64,000 nucleotides of DNA from Azolla caroliniana (taxonomy: Eukaryota; Plantae; Polypodiophyta): assembly GCA_043228905.1 (NCBI GenBank), contig JBHGNT010000017.1, positions 15,252,001 to 15,316,000 of the forward strand, written 5' to 3'. The number at the start of each line of letters is the position of its first letter. Position 1 is the first letter of the stretch. A program made the translations under genes and the position numbers. The notes under the pieces were generated by a model. It was not told where the DNA came from and did no database searches. It worked only from the letters and a program-made list of their open reading frames with translations. Below, in pieces: positions 1 through 13,200 of the stretch.

Positions 1-2939
1 CCGAGCCTTGTACCGGTTGACCGAGCCATCGGTGTTGTACTTGACCTTGTACACTCACCTACACCCGATCGGTTTTACCCCCTTCGGTGCGTCAACCAGG
101 TCCCAGGTCTCGTTCTCCACCAATGCGTGCATCTCTTCCTCCATCGCGGCGCGCCAATTGGCGTCCTTCGGTGCTTCTGCGTAGCTCTCCGACTCACGCA
201 CTTCCGCTACACGGGTCATGTATGCATAATGATGCGCCATGTACTCGTTGTATCCGAACCGTAAAACAGGATTCTTCTGGCGGGTAGATCGGCGTAATCT
301 CACATTAGCCGATGTCGAGGCCTTCTCGGTCGACGCGGTCTTCATCTTTAAAGACCTGTCACCGGTTCCCTCGGAGTCGGACTCGCGTCGGTCTGACTCG
401 TTCCTTTCCGTGCCAGAATCCGACACCTTCTTCTTCCCTTTCTCTTTGCGCGTAAGCCGTCTCCTCGGCTTCCTGCGCGGAGAATGCACGGTCGAGTCTC
501 CACTACTCGCCGGCTCTTCATCAGATTGGTCGTACCGACTCAATCTTCTAATCGGTCCACTTAACCGGAGTGAAATCGGACTCTCTTTGCGGGTCTCGAT
601 TTCGGGCTCATTCGGAGGCATCTCGGCCTCGCTGACCTCATCGTCAGAACTCGGATTGGAGTCTAGGTTCGTAGTCGGGGGCAGGTACCAGGACGCGGAC
701 TCGTCAAACACCACGTCATAGCTGACACGCACTTGTTTGGTGCGAGGGTTATAGCACTTATAACCCTTCTGCCCGTCCGAGTAACCGACCAAGATGCATT
801 TCTCGGCCTTTGCGTCCAGCTCCCTCCTTTTCTCCTTCGGTACACGCACATACACAATGCTACCGAACACCCTCAAGTGTCGCAAGTTCGGCTTCGTTCC
901 GAAATATAGCTTGTGCGCCGACACTTTGTCTCTGATCCAGTTCTGGATGTATACCGCGGTCCTTACCGCCTCGGCCCAGTAGAACTTGGGCAAGCTCTTC
1001 TCCTCCAGCATCGCCCTTGCCGCTTCCACAATCGACCGATTCTTTCTCTCGGCCACGCCGTTCTGCTCTGGCGTGTATCTACAACTGAATTCGTGCCGAA
1101 TTCCCATTTGTTCTAGATAACCGTTGAATTGACCGGAAAAGTACTCTTTCCCGCCATCCGACTGCAAGCACTTGATCTTTCGTCCCATTTCGGCTTCCAC
1201 GAACCCTTTGAGGTCCCGGAAACAGTCGAAGACTTCGCTCTTCCTCTCAATGAGGTAGATCCACGTGTGCCGCGTGTGGTCGTCGATGAAGGAGACGAAA
1301 TATCGGCTCCCGCCAAGACTAACGTTTTGTGTTGGCCCCCATACATCGGAGTGTATAAGGTCGAGCTTGTTCCGGCTCCGGTTTCGCTCGTTGGGGAAGG
1401 GAAGTCGGTGTTGCTTCCCAAACAGGCAGGCTTCACAAATTTGTGCCTTTCGGCCACTAAATTTGGGCAATCCGAACACTACCTGTTTCGTTTGCAGATC
1501 TTGAAGCCGCTGGTAGTTGACGTGGCCTATCCGCTTGTGCCACAAGTCGATGTCCGACTCAGTCTTTTGTCCCTTCGCGAACATTGCGGTGCCACCATCA
1601 GTGGAGTCGAGGATGAACATCCTCCCGTCTCTGCGCCCTTGCGCAATCACACGGCCTTCTTCCTCAATGAAGCACCCAAGGGGTGTAAACCGAACCTCCA
1701 TCCCTTGGTCGACGATCTGTCCGACCGAGACCAAGTTTTTCGTGATTGTCAGGACGTGCAGCACGTTCATGAGTTTCCCTTTCTGCCCGACATGGCTAAG
1801 GGGAACTTCTTCGACATTCGCGATCGGATGCGGAGTGTCGTCTCCAATTGCGACTACTCCAGGTTGTATCGGTTTTTCAAGGTACGAGAACCACTCCTTA
1901 TGGCTCGTCATGTGGTTTGACGCGCCGGAGTCTACGTACCACACCTCGTCCGATCTCGGGGTGGTCTGCTTCATTGAGTTTGCTTCGTGTCTCGTCACGA
2001 AGGCAGTCCCTTCTCCGGCTCTCCCGGAGTCTTCAGCGTAGTGCGATCGCTGCCGATTTCCCTTGTCGGTATGTCTGGAGCCGTTCCTGGAACCAGTTCT
2101 CTCCGAATCGGCGCGCTTCTTCTAGCACTCGCTTTCCCTGTGGCCTTTCTTGCCACAGTACCAGCACTCCGCGATGGACTTCCCTTGCCGGTTCTCATCG
2201 CTTCGACTCCCCCTGTTTTCGGAGGGTCCGGAGTTGCTGTCGGCATCACTTCGGTGCCTTCTTTCTTGATCACGTCAGCCGCCTCCATTATGTGCCGACT
2301 CGCCTTGTCCTCCACGTCCAAGGGGCCTATCTCCCTCCGTGTACAACATTCTGCTGTCAGTGTGCATGCTTGTAGACGCACCCGCGTGGTTCTCCTCTAC
2401 CAGGAGCATCAACTGTAAGTCGAAAAAGGACGGCGTATTCTCCCGGGTACACACAGCCGTTCGGAACGCTCCGAACTTCGATGCCAAACCTCCGAGACAG
2501 ATCTGGACCATCTCGCTCTCCTCGATGTTCACCTCTATGGAAGCGAGGGAGTCGCAGATATCCTTGATCTTCGAGGTATAGTCCGCCACCGACAAGTTGC
2601 GTTGTCGTAGGTTGCTCAACTCCTGTCGGAGCTGAAGCTTCCTAGCTTGGTGCTCGCGGCAAAAATCTTCTTCAGATTTTCCCACGCACCCTTCGGCATC
2701 TTTGCATCCCGAACATAGCTCAATAGTTGTTCGCCCACACACGACGCGAAGCAGTACAATACCCTGCTCGCCGATTGCTCCCACGACAGGAAGTCTCTAT
2801 GTGTCGATTCGGGTGCCGCGTCATTAACTCCTTCGACATAACTCCAATATCCGTGCCCGAGCAGGTACTGGTGCATCTTGTAGGACCAAGATGCGTAGTT
2901 GGTTCTGTCGAGCTTCTCTGTTGGAAGCGAGCTCGCCAT
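1..2939 (-). pseudogene. copia gag-pol polyprotein, frameshifted
   Basis: Split over ORFs 2616-2951, 2275-2784 and 55-1998, with a stop near 55. Confidence 0.85.
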
Positions 2940-3023
2940 GCCTCTATCCATCGTTCTTCTTGTTCTTCTTCGTCAAGCTATGTTGGCTGCAGAGAGGTTC
3001 TCAACCCTCGCACTCTGATACCA

Positions 3024-3395
3024 TGTAGAAAGAAACGTGCGAAAGCAAGTATGAAGACCGAACAAAAGAGAGGAAACCCAGGTTTAATGGAGAGCTTGGT
3101 CTTACGCAGTATACACGGGAGAGACAGAGAGAGAAACACAAAAAACTATATTCAACAATAATACTCAATCTGTACATAAGACGTGCTCAGTGAGCACTTT
3201 TATACAAGTCCTAGAAGGACTGACCGAAGTACTGACAGTACTTCAATGCTCATCAAGAGCTCCTACACTAACTCCCAAATATATTCCTCACGGAATATCT
3301 TTCCTAATGGCCTCCCGGTTTATGCACTTGGCCTAACCGATCCGGTCCTCGGCTTCTTCAGCCGATCCGGCCGATGTTGAGCTTGTCTCTCAAGA
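3024..3395 (-). repeat. 5' LTR of copia family A element
   Basis: Abuts the PBS and is similar to LTRs at 4295-4791, 8905-9095 and 15869-16250. The outer terminus reads ctcaaga instead of ctcaaca. Confidence 0.8.
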
Positions 3396-4294
3396 AGGCC
3401 CTATTTATGGTAGTACACATAATCAATATGTTGATGAGTATGCCTCTAGGACTTCGAATACCTTAGGAATTATGGACCGGTAGTAAGCTGAATTACGAAA
3501 ATTTGAGGATTTTCGGGTGCAAGGCATATGCCCTCATCCCGAAAACTCAAACCACGGTCTAGGAAATGTGTTTTTCTTGGTTATGGTCCAAATGGCGAAA
3601 TCAGATGCCGACTTTGGGACCCTGAGCACAGATAGATCATTGGAAGTTCGGATTTGGTGTTCAATGAGTCGGCTTTGCATAAGACAACCAAAAGGCCTAC
3701 TGAAGTCCGAAGGGTAACTTTTTCCGAAGAGCCGACCCTTCATGAAGGCCCAACACACAACACGAAGTCGGCCTCACGGGTAGCCGAAACCTCCAGCACC
3801 GACTTGGCAACATCCGACTCGGCACAACCGAATGGTTCGGCTCTAGACCATCCGACATCGATACCCGAAGCGACCATTCCAATCATACCTCGAAGATCCG
3901 AGCAATTGTCGCAACTCCTAGAGAGATACTCTCCTGGTATCTTCTTTACGGACGCCGAGCAATCGACGTCATACGAAGAAGCATTGGCATCTGCTGATTT
4001 GGACACCTAGCATCTAGCAATGGAGTCTGAGATGAACTCCATTCGAGCAAACCAAACTTGGGACTTGGTCGAGCTCTCGAAGAATCGACATGCTCTTCCA
4101 TGGAAGTGGGTCTATCGAGTCAAAGAGACGTCCGATTCGGCCACCCAAAAATTCAAGGCTAGACTAGTAGCTAAGGGTTTTCAACAAGAATATGACGTCG
4201 ATTTTGACGAAATCTTTTCACTAGTGGTGAAAATGGAACCCTTAGACTCATCCTCGACATCCTGGCAGCCGAGGACTTGGAACTGATTCAACTA

Positions 4295-4396
4295 TGTAAA
4301 ATTTAGCGTGCGGAAGCTTTGACAAACCGGTTTAGCCGGGTAGAGATAGAGAATAAAAACAAGTTCAATGGAAGCTAGAGAGTATTTAGCATACAT

Positions 4397-4449
<53 letters not shown>

Positions 4450-7400
4450 AACTCAATTAAAAAATAACACTCTGTAACTCTATACATACAACGTGCTAAA
4501 CAACACTATTTATACAAGTCCTCAAAAGGACTGACAGAAATACTATGTACTTCAATGCTCATACAAGCGGCTGACACTAACTACGAGGACTCTGACTACC
4601 TCGTAGTCTAGGAGTTAGGCTACTACTAGCCTTCGGGTTCACATTTGAATATGGCTCCCCGATCCGTCTCTCTGATCCGGCTCCTAGTTTCGGATATCAT
4701 CCGGACACTGATCTGGTTCTCCGTTCTGGATACCAATCTAACTCTGGCCTATTCAGACGATCCGGATCTGGTTGAGCTTGCTACCTCAACACTCCCCCTC
4801 AAGCTCAACTTGAGGTCCGATCGTGGTGTCACTATTTGTAGTAGCCAGTCCTTTTCTCCAACTCCTCCTGACGTTCTCCCGCCTTGCTCACGTTCCTCGT
4901 CCGGTCCAATTTTGCTTCCCACGACCCGTCCGGTTCTGTGCACCTCGTCCTCCTCGGTCGGCTTGTCTGCTTAGCAGGCCTATCTCAGCTCTTTCATTGT
5001 TATGACTCCGAGTTAGCAATCTCCAACTCGCCACATCGGACCACGTCCGAGTCTTGGCCTTCTTCCGGTCGGCTCTGTCCTTCTTGACTCTACTGTTGCT
5101 GCCACTTGCTCCGATTTGTTCGGATGTGCCGACTCTTTCAGTTGGCTCGGCTTTCTTTTTCTGCTCGTCTCCCCCCTTTGTTCTTTCTTCTTCTCCGGTG
5201 CCATCCCTTCCCATTCCTGTTCTCTCCCTCAAGTGCAACTTGTCGAGATGTTGAATGCCAAGCATCTTCGAGAAATGTTGCAGCTTGTCTTGTCCGAGCA
5301 GTTTGGTGAACATGTTGGCTACTTGTCGATCCGTGTGAACATATTGAAGTTCAACATCATCATGGTGAACATAGTGATAATGCACTTTTATGTGCTTTGT
5401 ATGAGCATGGAATACAGGGTTCTTGGTGAGCTGTATGTTGCTTATGTTGTCCCAATAGATCAGGATCGGGGTCGGCACATCGATTCGGAGGTCTCGCAGT
5501 AGTCGCCGAAGCCAAATGGCTTCAAAGGTGGCAATGGTAGCACCACAATATTCAGCCTTAATACTCGATAGAGCCACTGTTGGCTGCTTTTTGTTGCTCC
5601 ATGCAACAACCATGCCACCACGACAGAACATGTAACCGGAAGTGGATCGGTGATTCGATGCATTACTAGCCCAGTCGGCATCAGTATATCCGACTAGCTT
5701 CCCAACTATACCGTGTCCGTATAACAGTCCCCGGTTCTTCATGCCACTCACATATCGCAATAGTCGATGAGCGCTCTAAAGGTGCTCCACGGTCGGCTTC
5801 TGGTTAAACTGGCTGATCACCCCAACTGGATAATAGCTAATGTCAGTTCAGGTGATCGTCAAGTATATAAGGCTTCCAAAAATTTGTCGGAACCATTTCT
5901 CATCGCAGGTCGGTTCGGAGTCGGAAGGTAGCTTCAGGTTCCGGTTCAGGGGTGTGGAGATTGGTCGGCATTCCGTCATGCCGAACTTGTACAACATATT
6001 CAACACATAGCATCTTTGTGAGAGCAAGATGTCATCGGGGGTCCGGATCACCTCGATCCCAAGAAATAATGAAGGTCCCCTAGGTCCTTCATTTCAAATG
6101 TGTCCAACAGCTCAGACTTCACTCGACCGATTTCATTAAGTCCAGGTCCAGTGATGACTAAATCATCTACATATAGCAAGATACAAACCGGACCGTCTGG
6201 ACCTTTCCGGATGAACAATGACGAGTCAAACTTTGAGGCCGCAAACCCCATCTTACGCAACCGGTGCGTGATCTTTGTATTCCAAGCTCAGGGATCTTGC
6301 TTCATGCCATAAAGCGACGTCTTGAGTCAGCATGCTGCCGACTTGTTCATCTACAATTGGAATCTAGGGGGTTGGATCATATAGACCCATTCTTCAAGGT
6401 CACCTTGAAGAAACACATTCTTCACGTTGTCAAGGAAATCCTCGCGGATGCGTAGAAGTTGGGCAGGACCGTGGGGGTCTTGAACCAAAGAATCAAGAAA
6501 TGAGGAGGAAGAGTAAGTGGTTTACGTGAGCCCTGAGACCGCGGTTTAAACAGAGAAGGTTAACGAAACGAGAGAGATAGTGTAAGAGGATTGTCTGTAG
6601 ACACAGGCGCAGATAGAGATGCTAAGAACAACTTGCATTCGGTAGATAAGTTTCTATTAATCAATATACGCGTGTAGCGCTGTGGGTGATTACAACCGGA
6701 TTAGTGCCGGAAGTCGAGTGTAGGCTCTACAGTAGTCAAATACAAAGTGGAGTAGGCACACAGAAGGTCGATCCCTAGTCGGGAGCACTCGGGCGTCTAA
6801 CGCGAGCAGGGGAAGCGCCTTCCGGTGATCTGTCGTAGGACTCCTCATCTCGTCTCGTCTCTGTTCCCTTTCTCCTCTCTCGATTACTTCCCCCAAAATG
6901 ACATCCCTTCAAACAGTCAAAGGTTGCTTTCCCTTCCTAGATTCTCCCCCTTGATTCACTCTCCTCATAACTCTCCCTACTTACGCAATGACTAAATCCC
7001 TATTAATGCCTTACCTACCTAGTACACCTCCTTCTACCTATGCCTAGTACTTACACTATTTAATTCACTAGGGTTGTGCACTCGCGCACACCAATGAACC
7101 CGCGCGTTTCACCTTGTTTCCACCTATGGCCCGGAATCTTCACGACAACGTCCATTTGGTGAAGATGCCATCCCCTTGCTGTAGCAACAACTAGTACCAC
7201 ACGAACCGTCGTCATCTTCGCTACCGGAGCAAAGGTCTCGTTGTAGTCGATTCCGTGGTTCTGTGCGCCCTTTGCCACCAACCGGGCCTTGTACCGGTTG
7301 ACCGAACCGTCAGCATTGTACTTCACCTTATATACCCATTTGCAACTGATCAGTTAACACTATCGGGGAGGGTCAACCAGGTCCCATGTGTCGTTGGCAT

Positions 7401-9095
7401 CAAGTGCCCGCATTTCTTCCTCCATAGCAGCACGCCAATTTGCGTCTTTCACGTCTTCTACGTAGCTCTCCGGCTCACGCACTTCTTCCACCTTAGTCAT
7501 GTACACATAATGATGCACCATGTACTAATTGTACCTCTACCTCATGACGTTTTTCTTTTGACAGGTTGACTAGCGTAACTTTTCGTTACCTAGTTTGAGG
7601 CCCTTCTTGGCCGGTTCAGACTTCCTTTCTAAAGATCCGCCTTCTCCATTTCCGGGGTTAGATTCACTCTGATCCGACCCTTCACTGTCAATATCGTATT
7701 CCGGCATTTTCTTCTTCCCCTTCTCTTTGCGCGTGAACCGTCTCCTTGGTTCCTTGCATAGGGAGAGCACGGCAGAGTCTCCACTACTCGCCGATTCTTC
7801 ATCTGACTAGTCATCCCAACTCTGCCGCTCATTCGGCCCACTTAACCAAAATGAGATCAGACTCTCATCTAGAGTACCGAAGTCTTCATCTTCTACCTGG
7901 ACCTCTTCGGGCTCACTAGCCTCATCTTCAGGAATCGGGTCAGAGTCGGAAGTTGGAGTCGGTAGAGAGTACTATGATGCCGATTCATCAAACTCGACAT
8001 CTCGGCTTACTCGGACTTGTTTAGTCTGGGGGTTATAACACTTATACCCTTTCTGCTCATGAAGGAGACGAAATATCGACTCCCGCCAAGACTAACGTTT
8101 TGTGCCGGTCCCCATACATCCGAATGGATTAGATCGAGCTTGTTATGACTCTGGTTTTGTTCGGTGGGGAATGGAAGACGAAGTTGCTTCCCGAGTTGGT
8201 AGGCTTCACATATTTGGGCCTTCCGGCCACTAAACTTCGGCAATTAGAACAAAACTTATTTCAATTGCAGATCTTGAAGCCTCTAGTAGTTGACGTGGTC
8301 GATCTGCTTATGCCAGAGATCGATGTCCGATTCAAGCTTTTGTCCTTTGGCAAACCTGGAGGTGCCGACGTCATTTGTGTTGAGGATGAATATCCTCCCT
8401 TCTCTGCGCCCATGCATGATTATTCGGCCTTCTTCCTCGATGAAGCACCCAAGGTGCGTATACCGCACCTGCATTCCCTGGTCGACGATTTGTCCATCCG
8501 ACACCAAGTTCATTGTGATTGTCACGACGTGTACTACGTTCATCAGATTTCCCTTTTGTCTGACATGGCTTAAAGGGATGTCTCCGACATGCACAATTGG
8601 GTGAAGGGTGTCGTCTCCAATTTCAACAATCCCTGGTAGTTCCGGTTTCTCTAAAAACGAGAACCACTCTTCATGGTTCATCATATGGTTAGATGCTCCG
8701 GAATCAACGTACCACACTTCCTCGGTCCGGAAGTGGTCTTCTTCATTGAGTTGGCCTTGTGCTTCATCACAAAGGCTGGCCCTTTTCTGGTCTTCCCGAT
8801 TCCAGATCCTTCCGATCTTTCTGCGTAGTGCGAGCTTTGTCGGTTTCCCTATCCGGTCTTGCTGGATCCAGATTTATCCGAATTGGCACGCTTCTTCCAA
8901 CACTAGTAATCTAGAAGTATAGGCTACTACTAGCCTTCCGGTTCACATTTGAATACGGCTCCCTGATCCATCTCTCCGAACCGGCCCCTGGTTCTGGATA
9001 TCATCCTGACACCGATCCGGTTCTCCGTTCCGGATACCGATCCGGCTTTGGCTTATTCAGCCGATCTAGATTCGGTTGAGTTTGCTCGCTCAACA
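4295..9095 (-). mobile_element. nested, internally deleted Ty1/copia element (family A)
   Basis: TSD AACTA (4290-4294) / AGCTA (9096-9100). 3' LTR 4295-4791 with PPT 4792-4803; truncated 5' LTR ~8905-9095. Decayed PR, INT, RT (LYVDDL) and RNaseH (YTDADWAS). Confidence 0.92.
6428..7147. mobile_element. solo LTR (gypsy-type), 720 bp
   Basis: TGTC...GACA termini with 4-bp TSD ACGT (6424-6427 / 7148-7151). Removing it restores the host RT motif LHQMDVKNVFL. Confidence 0.88.
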
Positions 9096-10215
9096 AGCTA
9101 GATGTCAAAACGACATTCCTCCATGGTGACCTAGAGGAGGAAATTTATATGGAGCAGTCGAAAGGCTTTGTGGCACCCAGCCAGGAACATCTAGTTTGCC
9201 GACTCAAGAAGAGTCTATACAGCCTGAAACAAGCACCGCGACAGTGGTATAAGAAGTTCGATGACTTCATTCAGTCGGTTGGCTTCTCGAAGAGCGATGA
9301 GGACCACAGACTCTTCATGGAAACAACTCGAGATGGGTCACTCATCTTCCTCATCATCTAAGTGGACGACATGCTAATCTCAAGATGGGTCACTGAATAT
9401 GTAGCCACGTCGGACGCGGTGAAAGAAGCTTTATGGCTCAGTCGGCTAGCATGCACATTTCGACAAGTCAAATCTGACTCGGCTCCAGTTTTCTACAGCA
9501 ATAGTCAAGGCGTTGTTGCTCTGTCGAAAAATCCGGTCCAACACAATGCCTCGAAGCACATTGACGTTCGATATCTACGTCATCTCAGGGAAAATTGGCC
9601 TCGAAAAGATATCTACATCTGATAATGTCGCAAACGCAATGATCAACTGTCTTTCCGCGAATTGATTTCCATCCCTTCGGCACCAAATGGGCATAATGAA
9701 GAATCAGTCCAATTGAGTCAAACACTCAGGTTGTTTTTCGAGCAATCATCATAGATAGTTTGAAGCCCGGTCTTAGTTTCCCCAACCTCGGCCAGTTCGG
9801 CCTATTACGGGGAGTGTTGAATGGGGGTCCTCGAAAACTTTGTATCAATCTGTATTGTACATTTATTTCGATTTAAATATTTCCGATGTATACGCCTATT
9901 ACGGGGAGTGTTGAATGGGGGTCTCTAATAGACATATTCACATTGTCTTCTTTGTACACACCAGGTTTAGGCTATTTATCTAAAAAGTGAGAAGGGTAGT
10001 TGCCCTAAGTTAGTCAATATATAAGCTGACTTTGTAACTTAATTTTGTGGTTGGTTGAAAATACAGTTCATCTTGTGCCTAACGTCTCTCTCTCTCTTGC
10101 GTTCTAGTTGTGTCTTGCTTTCTGTTGATGTTGTTGTTGCCATCAATCTATCTTACTTATATCTGTTTATGATCTTCTCTCTAGAAGAGTGCTCTAGACG
10201 GCCACGTTCCCAACA

Positions 10216-13200
10216 CTTCTGACAAAGGCCTCTACAAACTCATCGATGGTCGGCCCGACCCTTGCATTTTGGATTGTCACTTTGTTGACGATGTCGTGAA
10301 AATCCGCCAGTAAGTGCACATTGTGAGGCGGAACTGCTAGGGTTTTTGACTGGAAGGATTTAGGGCTTAACGCTTAGTGCACTTTAAGCTTAAAGACGAG
10401 AGATTTCCCTCTAATAAGAGTAAATTGGTAGTATAAGAGATTGAATAATAGTTAATTACATTTATGCATAAGCAAATCTTCGAGTAGGAGATTATGCGAG
10501 ATTGAATAATACTTAATTATTCTTATGAGTAAGAAGGCTTATAGTAAGAAAGCATGAATAACACTTAATTTTACTTATACATACGAAAATTTTAAAGAAA
10601 GAGATCATGAGAGAGGAAACATGGAAAGCTTTTTATTACTAAATCATCACTATAATGGATCTATTTTGTTACATGATTTTTTTTCTATCCCCTTTTAGGG
10701 TATAAGAGTATGAGAGAGGAAACATAAATCTTTTCTTCTTCAAATCCCCTCCCCCTTCTTCTTAAAATAATCTCTTATTTATAGGTTTAGGATTGCTTGC
10801 TTCCTTTCTTTCTTTATTTTTCCCAGAAGTTTCTCTATATGAGTCAAGTTTTCTTTTTATCACTATTTATGTTCCGTAACGTCAAATATAACATGCAAGC
10901 TACTCTTAGAAAGCTATTTCTGTTAGCTTTCTTATAAATCTTTCCTTTTCTAATTTGGACATTGGACGAGGAAATTACGAGCTTTTTACTCGACCTTGCT
11001 CTTCATATCCACGGCTAGCTTTTCTTTTCCTATCTTTTTCTCTTTTTTTGGTTACTTTCGAAAACCGCGTCTAACTCTTTATCCTTTCATTTATTACTAT
11101 AGTTTATTTAACAAAATTAGTTTATTTGGACTACTATTTTATTCTCTTTTGAGGATGGTTTCCCACTATGTGCCGAAAACATCACGACAACGAGTTACAG
11201 GTCCTGTATGACGCACAATGTGTTGTTCTTCTTTAGCACTGTAAACCCTAATTCAAATATCGGCACTCAACGGTTCGAGGATCCCCATATTGACCTTCTC
11301 TTTGAGTAGCTGCATCAACTTCGGGATGTGAGCTCTCAGTATCAGAATCAGCTTCAAGTTCCACGGTACATGCAGTATCGTGAAGATCACCATTAGATCG
11401 ACGATCGTCGGGTTGACCTACCTTATCTCCTCTAGCGAGAATGCGAAAGTCTTCCCATGACTTTCGATCATCCTCCAAAACTGGTCCTCCTCCATGGGCA
11501 GTAGGAACCCACCCCCACTGATCTTGAGCTTCCGTAGGGTCTCACAAACTTGGATCGATCGCAACCCCTTTCATTCGTTCCCAATTGTCCTTTGGTAAGG
11601 GCACCACGATTGGCCTAACCTTCTGGTCCACAGTCTTGAACTTAGTCTCCACATGGGCAGTTAGAGCCGCCATGTCTTCAAAAATCCTCTCGGCCCTCAC
11701 CGTCGAGGGAGTCCCTGTTACACTCATGGTTCGGCCGAACAATTAGGAACTGGATAGAGTGTCAACCATCCTAGCTCTTCACCTTGGCGTTTGGTGAACC
11801 ATTGTCCAACACCTTTGTTTCCATCCGACCAGCACGAAGAAGTGTTGGTTGATCTCAACGTCTCCGACCTTCATTCAGACATGCACAGTGAAGCTCTTTC
11901 GTAGCGCGGGTCTCCGCGTGTATCTTCCACCCGTGCTTGGTTTTGATTGGCCATTTACCCTTCTTGCAAAAATCCATCTACATTAGGTTGATTTCCGATC
12001 CATGATTGATCAATTCCACCACTGGCTCCTTCACATCCTCGATCCAGACCGAGGTCTATGTTGTGGCCCTCACCCAATGTGCCTTGGTGTAGTGGTTGTT
12101 TGACAAGTCCTCTTCCATTACCACCTCATTGTTGTGCGCCACTTTATTCTGGCTTAGTCGAGAGCCGCTTCCTTTTTACTAGGTTGATTATTGTGTCATG
12201 GAACTCTCTCTTGGATGCGCCTAGCACTTCCCGCAATGAGAACTCCACCCAACTGTCGAGGATTCGCTCCGCCAAGACCTTCCGTAGTTCAGTCGACTTC
12301 TCTATCTCAGAACTCAGCCGAAAGCTCGGAAACTTTCCCTTTGCCTTCTCTTGTGGGTTGGTCGGACCACCATCATTCTTCTTCCTGAGGTGTCTACCCC
12401 TCCAGCCTTCCCAACCCACTTGTCTTCAACCAGAACTTCTTAGTTTTGTCACGCAGCTTCTACAAAGCTCGACTTCTCCTCCATCGGATTGTTCCATGCG
12501 GTACCTTCTTGGACCCGCCTCATTGTGCAGTCTGCCTCCTCCCTTTTCAACTTCTTTCCAGAGAAGCCTTCCAGTATATCCGGCTAGAATCCAGTGTCAT
12601 TTCCAGTCCCGATGCTCTTATCACCTCCTACCCGGATATTGGTCAATGTTGAGTAATGAACAACCTCGATGTGTCATGCCATAGCCTACTCCATCAACCT
12701 CTTCATGCCACTTCATCCAGTGTTCATCTTGAGGGGACATCGTATTTTGGAAGCATGCACTCGGCCATTCCATAGATATACAATGTTGTTCCTCAGCGCC
12801 TCGATGAAGTCGGCGTAGTGTCTCCGAATGTGGCCGACACCATCCCACCACATGCACCTAGGGTCATTGGGTGAGTGTTGGTCATGCGATTGACCTCTGC
12901 CATCCCTCCGAGCTTGAGCGATCTAGAGATCACGCACCATCTTCGTTAGTTCCTCTAGTGCCGCGCCTCCTGACGGTCCATCAACCATGTTGGCCTGAAT
13001 CGGGCCCGACTCGAGCCATCTTTTCATCTTGTCCAACTGAATCGGCACTTCCCCCTGGCAGTTGGCCGGTCGACGTCGACCCTTCGTCGTTCCATTCACG
13101 CCATTTGTCAAAATGACTACAAACCCTTTTTACCACATCCCAATCAGTCGTGAGCCCTTCTTCCGTCTCTAAGAGGAGACCAACCTTCTCCTAGTCATGC

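Larger units (their letters stand above)
1..3395 (-). mobile_element. Ty1/copia LTR retrotransposon (family A), 5' part; runs off the window start
   Basis: 5' LTR 3024-3395, PBS TGGTATCAGAG (tRNA-iMet type) at 3013-3023 on minus, then gag, protease (WYVDSGAS), GAG-pre-integrase (LWHKRIGH), integrase core (HSDVWGP, DGGKEY, PEQNGVAER) and RT start (ENETWDLV..P..VKPIGC). Confidence 0.95.
3396..10215 (+). mobile_element. decayed Ty1/copia element (family B) interrupted by the 4295-9095 insertion
   Basis: Integrase/RT/RNaseH fragments (3396-4294, 9096-9716) homologous to the 45443-49456 polyprotein; PPT and 3' LTR 9909-10215 (TGTTG...CAACA). Confidence 0.9.

Noticed and set aside
239-2418. Long plus-strand ORFs over the copia pol
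   Set aside because: Antisense shadows of GC-rich retroelement coding sequence.
6462-6487. B-box-like GGTTCAAGACCC on the minus strand in TGTC...CACGACA LTRs (also ~14690)
   Set aside because: No A box or cloverleaf found, and it is not retained in LTR 40086.
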